Assembly: GCF_036971445.1 (NCBI RefSeq)
Contig: NC_091480.1
Span: 61,630,001 to 61,694,000 of the forward strand
Direction: 5' to 3'
Length of the DNA stretch: 64,000 nt
DNA from: Narcine bancroftii
Taxonomy: Eukaryota
In this document: piece by piece, positions 33,205 to 43,743 of the stretch
How positions within the stretch are numbered: position 1 is the first letter of the stretch
How the letters are laid out: every line of letters begins with the position of its first letter
Made by a program: the position numbers and the translations under genes
The notes under the pieces: model-generated
Told to the model about the DNA's origin: nothing
The model's input: only the letters and a program-made list of their open reading frames with translations
Database searches by the model: none

Positions 33205-36200
33205 TTATAACAATCTTTTTTGGCGGACCATGACTTTCAGACCAGAAGGATGCGAGACTGCATGCCAGGTGGAGGGGATATTGTCAACGTCTTTAGTCTG
33301 TGGATTAGCACACTTAACGCGTTGCACGTGAGTCCATCCCTTTTCTTTTGTTCGTACTGCAGTGTCTGTAATCAAAAGTACACAATAAGGGCCGTCCCAT
33401 ATAGGTTCTAATTTATGGTTTTGCCACGCTTTTACATATACCCAATCACCAGCTTTAATGGAATGAATGGGATAGTCCAAGGGTGGTGTTTGAGCTAATA
33501 ATTCCTTCTGTTTTAAGTCATACAAAGAAGTGGAAAGTCCCTGTAAATATTTAGATATATATTGGTCATTAGCCTCAGGGGTAGGGGAATCAGTGTGTAA
33601 GTCTATGTAGGGAAGACCGAACATCATCTCATATGGTGAGACAGCAAGGTCCTTATGAGGAGCTGTGCGAATCCAGATTAAAGCTAGAGGTAAGCATTTA
33701 ATCCAGGAGAGGCCAGTTTCCTCATGAAGTTGAGTGAGTTGATTTTTCAGGGTCTGATTCATCCACTCGACACGGCCTGAACTCTGGGGGTGCCATGGGG
33801 TGTGTAACTGCCAATCTATTCCCAAGATTTTACACACCCCCTGGAGTACCTGAGAGGTAAAATGTGTACCAAGATCTGAGTCAATGGTTTGCACAATGCC
33901 GTAACGCGGAATAATAGCCTCTAGTAATATCCAAATAATGGTGTTAACACGATCATTAGGGGTCGGAAAGCTTCAACCCATCGAGTAAAATGATCCACCA
34001 TCACTAGGAGATATTTATAGACCCCTATCTTGGGCAATTCCGTGAAGTCAATCTGTATTCGTTGAAACAGGCATATGGCCATATCGCGACCCCCAGGCAT
34101 TACATGGCACATTACTTTCTTATTCACTCGCTGACAAATTGGACATCCCCGAGTACTTTGTTTGGCTAAGGTGTATATTCTAGAACAATTAAAGGACCGT
34201 ACAAAGGCGTCAACAAGTACCTGCGTTCCCCAGTGTGTCTGCTGGTGGAGCTGATCAATAATTTGATGAGCCAAGGACTTATTCAGGACTTGGCGTTCCT
34301 CTGGTTCGTTGCTTAAATCACCTCTAATTTTAGTCTGTAAATCTTTCACTTCTAAGCATACATGCTCTAAATCATTGGGGACTGTATCAGAGTCTGGAGA
34401 AACCAAGAAGGCTGGATTCTGATCTTTATTTGTAACCAGTATCAAATCATCCCTATCCATAAGGATTGCTTCATACTTCAAAATTCTGGAATCGGAGAGC
34501 CACCTTCCCCAGCTTGGGGAATTAGTAAAATATCCTCTGTTACAATTTTTCCTCCCATTTGTATCTTTACATTCTTGTAAGAAAATGGTGTGGACTGTGT
34601 GAGGGGTGTGAACTGTCATCGGGGCACCAAACGTAATTTTGCGTCCTTCCTCTACTAGAATGGCAGTGGCCGCAATTGCTTGCACACATTCTGGCCAACC
34701 ACGACAAACAGGATCTAAAATCTTTGATAGAAAGGCAACTGGTTGTCTAAAGCCTGCCTGCTCTTGTGTTAATACTCCCATGGCCACACCGTCTTTCGCA
34801 TTGGTATATAGGTCAAATGGCTTATTTAGGTCAGGTAAGGCCAAAACCAGGGCACTAGTAAGACGCTGTTTCACCAAAATCTTTAATCTCCTCCTCCACC
34901 CAAACAACAGTTTCACCCCCTAGAGTCGCAAGTTTATCATAAAGAAATTTGACCAGGCTAGAATAATTCTCAATCCAAATTCTACAGTATCCCACCAAAC
35001 CAAGGAATTTCCTAAGTTCTTGAGCATTCTTTGGAAGCGGGACCTGCAAAATACCGCGTATTCTCTCTGGACTTATTTTCCTAATTCCTTGACTAACCAG
35101 ATGACCTAAGTATTTAACCTCGGATTGAACAAATTGCAACTTCGATTCATTCACTCTCAGACCCTTATTCCCTCGAAAATTCAATAAATCAACAGTGTAT
35201 TGTTTAACCGGATCATACATTTCCCCCGTGATTAATAAATCATCCACATATTGTAATAATTGACAATCCTCTCTCCGAGGGGCTTCATCTAGTACCTGTT
35301 CCAAAATTTGGCCAAACAAATTTGGTGATTCCGTAAAACCCTGGGGAAGGACCGTCCACCGGTATTGATTTTTCCGTCCTGTGAAGGGATTTTCCCACTC
35401 AAATGCAAACATGTCCCTACTGTCCATTGCCAAAGGGCAGGTCCAGAAGGTATCTTTGAGATCAATTACACTGAACCACTTACTATGGGGGTCAATCTTA
35501 CCCATCAACGTATAAGGGTTAGGTACAACCGGATAATGGGTGAGAATAATTTTGTTTAACTCTCTCAAATCCTGTACTAATTGGTATGTGCTGTCTGGTT
35601 TTTGGACAGGTAGAATTGGAGTATTAAAGGGTGACATGGAGGGTTCGAGTATACCATCTATCACCAATTGGTCAATTACTGGCTGCAGCCCCTTTCGGCC
35701 AGCCATAGGAATCGGATACTGTTTTCGTCGAACTACCTGGTCGGGGTCCTTTAGAGTAACTTGCAGGGGAGGAACATCTAACCCTCCTCTATTGCCTCTT
35801 TTCGCCCATACCCTAGGATTTATTAGTCCCTAATCCTCCTCCGTCAGCACATAAAATTGAACTCTGATACCTGATCCCTGTGGTCTGGTACCGATAGCCA
35901 ATTGGTCCTGTAAATCACGTCCCAACAAGCAAACCCCAGCTTGGAGAATTAGTAAAATATCCTCTGTTACAATTTTTCCTTCCATTTGTATCTTTACATT
36001 CTTTAATTTAGGGACCGCAAAATCTCTCCCGCCCCACCCCCGAAATCATCACCGTCCCTTCTGCAGTAACACCCTCGGGCCATCGTAAAATACTAGACCG
36101 GGCTGCCCCAAGGTCTACTAGGAAAGTCATTTTGTTACCGTGGGGTCCTATGCTTAAATTTACCAATGGTTCTCCGTGCAGCCCCACGGTATGCATTGGC

Positions 36201-36220
36201 TGAGAACCGTGACCCCCCAT
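33205..36220 (-). pseudogene. pol: ERV-C pro-pol (PR, RT, tether, integrase; RNase H deleted)
   Basis: LVDLGA, YVDD, HQQTH..CPIC, QIDFTELP, DSDLG, SSGRVE, WDGPY; the translation jumps from GDLSNEP straight to the integrase N-terminus. Confidence 0.92.
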
Positions 36221-36607
36221 TCATAATCTGCCTCCATCAATGCGTAAGATCGCGTCTCCCTGGCCCCCATTGGGCATTCCCTCTTAAAGTGTCCCTCCTT
36301 TTTACAATAATAGCAAACTAATGCTCCTGTCTCCCAATTTCTGCCAGGGTCTCCACGGGGTCCCGGGAATGACCGCCATCGCCAGATTTCTCTTCTATCC
36401 CTACCTCTGCTCTGGTCTCTATTTCCCCACTCCCGGCACTCCTCTCAACATCCAGGAGCCGACACACGGTTCCTAACACTTCCTTGCTTTCCATCCACAA
36501 TTTCCTTTACTGCATGCATCAAAATCTTAGCCTTTCCTTTCTGTTTTTCTTCAGACCTCTGGACGTATGCCCTTTGTGCAATCTTCAAAAGCTGTGATAG
36601 TCCCTGT
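36221..36607 (-). pseudogene. gag: ERV-C gag 3' part (NC)
   Basis: CYYCKKEGHFKRECP knuckle; KQKGKAKILMH. Confidence 0.85.
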
Positions 36608-38961
36608 TCATCCCTGCGTGTCTGCTATCTTCAAAAAGATATCTTGCATAAATTTTTGATCTTCTTCGTTAGGTGAATATACATTGAATAAGTTCCAAAA
36701 CTCTGAATATATCTGACATTTTATCATTACATATCTCCCTGCTGGATCTATTATTTCCTCTTCTATTTTAATTGGTACATTCTTACTGATTAATATAGCT
36801 ACTCCTCTAGCTTTTGAATTATATGACGCTGCTGTTACATGTCCTACCCAACCTCTCTTTAATTTCTTGTGTTCCACTTCAGTTAAGTGTGTCTCTTGTA
36901 TGAATGCTATATCAATTTTTTCTTTTTTTCAGTGAATTTAACAGTTTCTTCCATTTGATTTGGTTATGTATTCCATTAATATTTAAAGTCATATAGTTCA
37001 ACATTGCCATTTCATACTTTGTTTATCTTTCCTTTCTGTTTTCTCATCATCACCTTTCCTTCTAACCATTTCTGCTTTCTTTTTTTGAACACATTATAAG
37101 ACAACATTTCTAAAACATAAAATATTTCCATTATTCTCCTATCTAAAATTCCTTTAACCCCACTATCCCCTCCCCTTCCTAAGTTGCCCTTTGTCCCTTG
37201 TCGGGCAACCACATCTCCCCTCTCCATTTGGATTTGCGAAATCACTCGCAAGCGTCAACTGATTTCGCAGTGACCGTAATTCTTCCCCACCCAGCCCCCC
37301 CAGAAAAGGTTTTAATCTTCATATATAACAAAGGTCACTCTCTTAATTCCCTCCTTACTTCCTTTCTTCCCTTACTTTCCCTTCTTAGTTCTTATCTATA
37401 CTCTATTTTTTTTAAATATACATACACACATAGATATAGTTTGTGGTCATTTTTGTTCACGTTACATGTCTTCATCTCTCTGTCTGTTTTGTAGTTGTTC
37501 TGCAAATTTTCGTGCTTCCTCCGGATACAAGAATAGTCTGTTTTGCTGCCCTGGAATAACTATTTTAAGTACCGCTGGGTACTTTAACATAAATTTATAT
37601 CCTTTTTTCCATAGGATCGTTATTGCTGTATTAAACTCCTTCCTCTTCTTCAGGAGTTCAAAACTTATGTCTGGATAGAAAAAAATTTTTGACCTTTGTA
37701 TTCCAGTGGTTTTTTGTCTTCTCTTATTTTTTTCATTGCTTTCTCCAATATATTTTCTCTTGTTGTATATCTTAGGAAATTTACTAGAATGGATCTTGGT
37801 TTTTGTTATGGTTGTGGTTTAGGGGCTAATGTTCTGTGTGCCCTTTCTATTTCCATTTCTTCCTGTAATTCTGGTCTTCCTAGGACCCTAGGGATCCATT
37901 CTTTTATAAATTCTCTCATATTCTTGCCTTCTTCATCTTCCTTAAGGCCCACTATTTTTATATTATTTCTTCTATTATAGTTTTCCATTATATCTATCTT
38001 CTGAGCTATCAGCTCTTGTGTCTCTTCAACTTTTTTATTAGATTCTTCTAATTTCTTTTTTAAGTCATCTACTTCCATTTCTATGGCTGTTTCTCGTTCT
38101 TCCACCTTGCCCACTCTTTTTCCTATATCTGACATGACCATCTCTAATCTATTCACTTTTTCTTCTGTACTTTTTACTCTTCTTTTTATTTCACTGAATT
38201 CTTGTGACTGCCATTCTTTTACTGTTTCCATATTTTTTTTTAAAATATCCATGTACTGTCCCTTCCCTTCATCTTCCATTTCTCTGAGTAGAGTTTGATG
38301 TTCTTCCTCCTCTTCTTCTGAGTCCACTCCAGGATCTGTGTCCTTTACCTCTGTCTCTTCTGGTTTTCTTGTTGGGTTGTTTGTTTTATTTTGTTGAGTA
38401 TTTTTGGTCTTCTTATTTTTATTAGAAGTGTCTTTCTGCTAGTCTTCTTCCTCTGGGTTGGTCATCTGTTGTTTCTTTGATTTCTTTTTACTCTCTTCTT
38501 TCTTGCTCTCGTTATTTTCAAGTTCGCCTCTTGCTGCTTTGTTGTGGTTGTCAATTTCAGCTGTGGAGGTCGACTCCTCAGCTGGTCCCCCCTCCCATCA
38601 GTGTTATTTTTGTCTTGCGCATCGCGCATGCGCGGTTGCGCACTTTTGTTTGGCTCCGTGAGCCATTTTTGTAGTTCTGAGCTCAGGGCTTCAACTGACC
38701 TTAGGGAGCGGGCTTCTCTCTCCGGGGTGGGCCTCCTTGGACAGGTAAGGCTTTCACCCTCTTTTTCTGACGTCATTTCTTCTTCTCTTCTTCCCGTTGC
38801 TTTTGACTTTTCTTTCTTCGCTGCCATCTTCTCCACACCTTTATTTTCACTTTATTTTAGTTTTTGTGTTTGTGCCTTTGTTTTTTCTCTGTTTTTTTTT
38901 AACTTTTCCAGAGAGGGCTGGAGTTCCCCAACCGGCCACTACTCCATCACGTGACTCCTCC
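36608..38961 (-). mobile_element. L1-clade LINE 5' half (5' UTR, ORF1, start of ORF2 endonuclease), 3'-truncated
   Basis: ORF1 coiled coil with ENYNRRNNIKIVGL and IERAHR; ORF2 TLNING, RGVAIL, NVYSPN. Confidence 0.9.
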
Positions 38962-39734
38962 AGTCAAAGCGACGTTTACAAATCCGAGACCCCCCTCCAT
39001 CCCCTCCCAACACCCAATTAGTTTCTGGCTTATCTCCTCCTCTATTATGGTTAGATTCCTGCCTTCTGGGAGATAAATCAGAGTCCTGCCCCTTCCTCTC
39101 GAAGGGCCTCACACTGTTCTTCTGAATGACCCTCACAAGCAAAGTCTCCTCTCTCTCGTGTCAATTGAGGTGGTAATCTTGCACTCTGTGAGCGAGTCCT
39201 CATACCACTCCTACTTTCTCCTTCTTTCTTTAACTGTGGAGGAGGAGGGGAAGGTAAAAAAGGGTAAAGCATAGGGGGGAGGGGGGGGAATGGGATCCGG
39301 CACTGGGGAACATAAGGTGGAGGAAGGGAATGTAACACATCCCATCCCTTTATTTCGGGGGCAGAAGGTTCCTCAACCTTCTTGTTTCTAAGTTTCTTCT
39401 CGTCCAAAATCATCTGATTAGATGATCCACTAAGCCAACAGGCTGCATATTCCCTATTCTCGGTATTGTCTCCTTGATTTTGGTAGAGCCAGATGTTCAA
39501 TGCCTGACACATCCAGTCCTCATCGGATCCGAACTTTGGCCAATATTCCGAACTCCCTTTTATCGGATTCTTAACCCATTCCTGACAACAATACCTGACC
39601 ATGGTCTGCTTATCCTTCTCACGGGTTTTCCCCGCACCCCATTTGGATAACATTAGTCCTAACGGACTATGTTTTGGTATTTTATCCTCCCACCCTTCTT
39701 TAGGACTTTTTCCCTTGCTACTTCCTCCTCCCAT
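38962..39734 (-). pseudogene. gag: ERV-C gag 5' part (MA, PPPY)
   Basis: MGGGSSKG...WPKFGSDEDWMCQALNIWL...PPPY. Confidence 0.9.
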
Positions 39735-39966
39735 ATTCTCCGGGCTCCCTTTCCGTTGTCAAGAAAATAAAATTCCTCTTACCGGAATCTAGTAGCTATT
39801 CCTAGCGCACTTCCTTAACGTCCTCCCGTCGTTTGTTCTTAATGCCATTTCTCGGATATCACTCGCTTTGTCCACTGACCAGCGACCCATCGTCCGGGAG
39901 TCCATCTGAATCAGCTGGGGTGCACCTACCTCCGTCGTCAGGCGCTCTGTCAGTGGAGGGAGTGCG

Positions 39967-39984
39967 ATCCCGGACGAGATCCCA
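39967..39984 (-). promoter_or_regulatory. Primer-binding site, tRNA-Pro
   Basis: TGGGATCTCGTCCGGGAT, 16/18 match to the Pro PBS. Confidence 0.85.
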
Positions 39985-40417
39985 AGTTGTGAGAAGCAGA
40001 GGTGCCTTCACAGATTTCACTCGAGACAAAAATTGAGAACAAAGAACATTTATTATAATTTTACAACAATGCAAAGTTGGATGCTTCCCCTTACCCTGGG
40101 AAAACACACAGATACTGGGGTTTACCCAACTTTTTATAGATTCCATTTCAGTACAGAGGTACCTTCCCCCTTAACATTCTTCTGCCTCCTGGATTGGTTT
40201 AGCATTAGCTAATTCTGCCTACGTATATTCTAGTTTTATATCAGTTTATGTGCCTTTCTGCAAACTTGTTTACCAGGAAGTGTCATGTCTTTCTTACTCA
40301 TTAATCAACCCCCAGGACTTGCTAAATCTATTTACTTGCTATCCTGTTTTTGAAGACCCCTATTTTATTATACTTGCTTAACCCTTGTTTAACCCATCAT
40401 AATTCATTCTTACTTAG

Positions 40418-41984
40418 TGTGATAGTACAGACCTATCACCAATGTATATAGTTACAGTATCTAGAGCAGGGGTGTCAAACTCAAATTCACGGAGGGTCAA
40501 AATTAAAAACTTGGACTAAGTCGAGGGCCGAACTAAATATTTATTGAAATTTTTCAATAACATCTGCATGTTTTCTCTTCTTTCAACATATGTAATGTTA
40601 AACTTTTTCTTATTAAAATAAATGTTTAATAATAGTTTTGGATAAACTCTTTCATTGTCATTGTCTTTGGCCCATTTCCTTTAGCGTCTGAAACTGTGCA
40701 CATGACGAGTCAATGAGGGCTGATTAAAGCAGTGGTCTTCAAACTTTTTCTTTCCACCCACAGACCACCTTAAGCAATCCCTTACTAATCACAGAGCACC
40801 AATGGCACAGGGACGGGAGTGGAAAGAAAAAGGTTGAGAACTGTTGTATTGTGGTAACTCCACATCTGATTAGGTTCATTGTTAGGCAAGTGGTCAGAGA
40901 AGGACCCCCCAACCCCCAAGAAAGGCTTAAATCACAGGAACAAAATAAGCTTCCGTCTCACTGCTCCCAATCTTACACACAGTCCTGATGTGGAATGTGG
41001 GGTCGCAGGTCCACGTTCACCCGAGTTCAGGTGCTGTCTGTGTGGAGTTTGTACGCTCTCCCCTTGTCTTGGACCAACAGGTCGGTCGCCTGACGAAGGC
41101 ACCCGAACCCCCCGTTGAAAAGCCGGCGTCCGCGGCAGTGGAGGAATTGGCTGAGAAGAGCGCGTTGCTCCTACCCCCCTCCCATGGTTGGAGAGGGATT
41201 AAACTGCGATCTCACGGCGCCGGGCTCGTCTCCAACAAAAGGAGCGGGAGGCAGGGTCCGCCGCGCATGGAGCGAGGGGGAAGGCATTGCCAACGAGACG
41301 TTCGGTCCGGCGTCGCCGCTGAGGCGCAGACCCAGCGAGGATGGTCCCCAACTCCAGCCGCGTCTGTGTGTCCGGGAGCTGGGCGGACTGAGTGCGGCGC
41401 TCCGATCCCCGGGATTCGGGACTCTGAGATCCCTCCACACCTCCGGCATCTTCATTTTCACCTTCAGTGTGCATGTGCTATACTGGCGCGGCGGCCAGCG
41501 GGCCAACTCTAATATATATTTAATATGATCTTGCGGGCCAAATATAATTATATCAATTTGGCCCGCGGGCCAGAGTTTGACATGTATGATCTAGAGTATG
41601 TAATGACTGTGCTTACAGCGATTGGCTGAGAGCTTAGCCACGCCTACTGTCTGGGTCTTAAAGGGTTGTGTACCTAGCCAGGTCGGATCATTCCGGACTG
41701 GTCGGCCACCTGTGAAGAGCTCCTGTCTTTTGCTAATAAAAGCCTTGGTTTGGATCAACAAGTCTTTGGTTCTTTCGACGAGCTCTACAATTTTATTAGC
41801 AAAAGACAGGAACTCCTCACAGGTGGCTGACCAGTCCGGAATGATCCGACCTGGCTAGGGACACAACCCTTTAAGGCCCAGACAATAGGCGTGGCTAAGC
41901 TCTCAGCCAATCGCTGTTAGCACAGTCATTACATACTCTAGACACTGTAACTATGTACATTGGTGATAGGTCTGTACTATCACA
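40418..41984. mobile_element. Palindromic LTR-like element (194-bp inverted arms, 49-nt loop, 5-bp TSD)
   Basis: TGTGATAG...CTATCACA termini; TSD cttag; a single cttag at the empty site in the 3' LTR (about 9889). Confidence 0.85.
40467..41588. mobile_element. hAT/Charlie MITE with different internal cargo
   Basis: caggggtgtcaaac...gtttgacatgtatg; perfect TSD atctagag. Confidence 0.9.
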
Positions 41985-43614
41985 CTTAGCCCTTGTTTGA
42001 CTCCTCACAATCCATTCTTACTTAACCCTTGTTTGATCCCTTACACTGTGGTCACCACCTTTTCACACTGCTTTCTTCAGGCACGAGGTACAGAAGTTTG
42101 GTATCTCCAACTATCAGGTTCTGGAACGTTCCTGTACTACCCTGACCATAAACTACTCGAGGGGCACCAAATCTCCAAATCTTCCATATGCACTGTTGAA
42201 ATGTTACTGATTTCTTGCATTAACTGCAACTGTGAATATTTATCTATGCTTTCCTATTTATAATTCCCTTTCTGTCTCGGCACGTTGTGGTAATTTAACG
42301 TGGATGCCTGTATTTGGTGCATCTTGGGTCCCTGTGTGGCTGCAGCACATGTGTTTTGTGATCATGGTATGGGATATGCTCCTCTCCGAGAGTAGTCAAC
42401 CTGTGGAATTCTCTGCCACAGAGGGATGTAGAGTTGAAGTCACTGAATGTATTTTAAAATAGGAAATCAATGGATTTCATGACACACAGGACATTGGGCA
42501 TTTGAGAGAGGACAGGTCTGTGGTATTGAGATGACAGATTCAATAGAATCATATTGAGAGGACTGAATGGCCTTTCTTTTTCTGTCTTACACCACACTGT
42601 GTACAATCCTGGTCTCCTATCCATGGGTCAAACCACACTGCATACTCTTTATGTACAATCTCTGTCTCCTTCTCCCTGATCCAGACCACAGTACACAGTT
42701 CCAGGATTCAGTGAAGAAGTCAGGAAGAAATTCCTGACCTCAGAGCAGCACTCTCCTTCCCACAGCAACCTTCAGAGAAGGGAGTAATTGAATAACTGCA
42801 GGGAGGGGGTAGGAGAGGAGGGTGAAAGGATCCCCGGAGACAGCAGATGAGCTCTTTCTGTGCCACGAGGAATGGGCAGTGACATGCCGAGGAAACTCTT
42901 CCCCACTGCTCTGCGCAGGTGCAGTTCCCCTCACCACCATGTCCACGCCCTGATTGTTTGTTGTGGTCCGAGAATGACATGCAGGCTGACCTATCAAGTG
43001 CATCCACCGGGCCACTAATGCAGTTTTTGGCACCAGCTCGGCCAATGAATGGCCTAGGGAGGTGGGACAGACTTCATCAGCTGTTCTGAATGGTGCACTG
43101 ACGAGAGATTGGGCTATTGTGGGCAATGGCTCATCTTGTGTGTGTATATAATATGTATATTGTTAATTAAATTTATCTAGCCTGGAAAAAAACTGATTAG
43201 GGAATTCTTTTTTCTGTTTGCATATTGTCAGATCAGGATTCTAGGTTTAATCAGGTACTGTCAATGGGAAAGGATTAATTTCTCTTGTTTGATGGAAGTA
43301 GAGACAAGCCCTGCTGTGTTATTCTCGCATAAATCCGGAGTCTAGGGCTGTGCAATAAGGAGCGAGTCAAATCATCCCAGTGGAGCAGATTTCTCCTTCT
43401 CATCTCTCTCACACACACATTATCTGTCCTCCCTCCCTCAAATCCTTTCTCTTTCCAAAGTCATTACCTCTTCTGCTTACTTCCCCTTCTCCTTCATCTT
43501 TTGCTTTTTTATTCTTATTCTCTCTCTCTCTCTCTTTCCCCCCCCCCCCCCCAGCCCTCTCTCCATTAATCTCCACTGCCTCGTCGCTGTCACTGTGTCA
43601 CCCTGATACCTGTG

Positions 43615-43743
43615 ATGACAGAACAACCGACCCAATGCAACATCAAAGTGATGTGCAGATTTCGACCACTCAATCATGGTGAGATCCTTAGAGGCGATAA
43701 ATTCATCCCGAAATTTCAAAATGATGACACAGTGGTGATCGCG
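43615..43743 (+). CDS. KIF5A: Kinesin-1 heavy chain, coding exon 1
   Basis: [43 protein letters not shown] followed by gtaagt. KIF5A rather than KIF5B/C is inferred from the N-terminal length and VPFVK in exon 6. Confidence 0.85.

Larger units (their letters stand above)
9416..42045 (-). mobile_element. Class I ERV-C provirus, expanded to 32.6 kb by nested insertions
   Basis: Matching LTRs at 9416-9949 and 39988-42045; TSD ccgt/ctgt (one change at a CpG); PBS-Pro; gag, pro, pol and env are collinear once the inserts are removed. Confidence 0.9.
39988..42045 (-). repeat. 5' LTR of ERV-C, interrupted at 40418-41984
   Basis: Collinear with 9416-9949 once the insert is removed. Confidence 0.9.
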
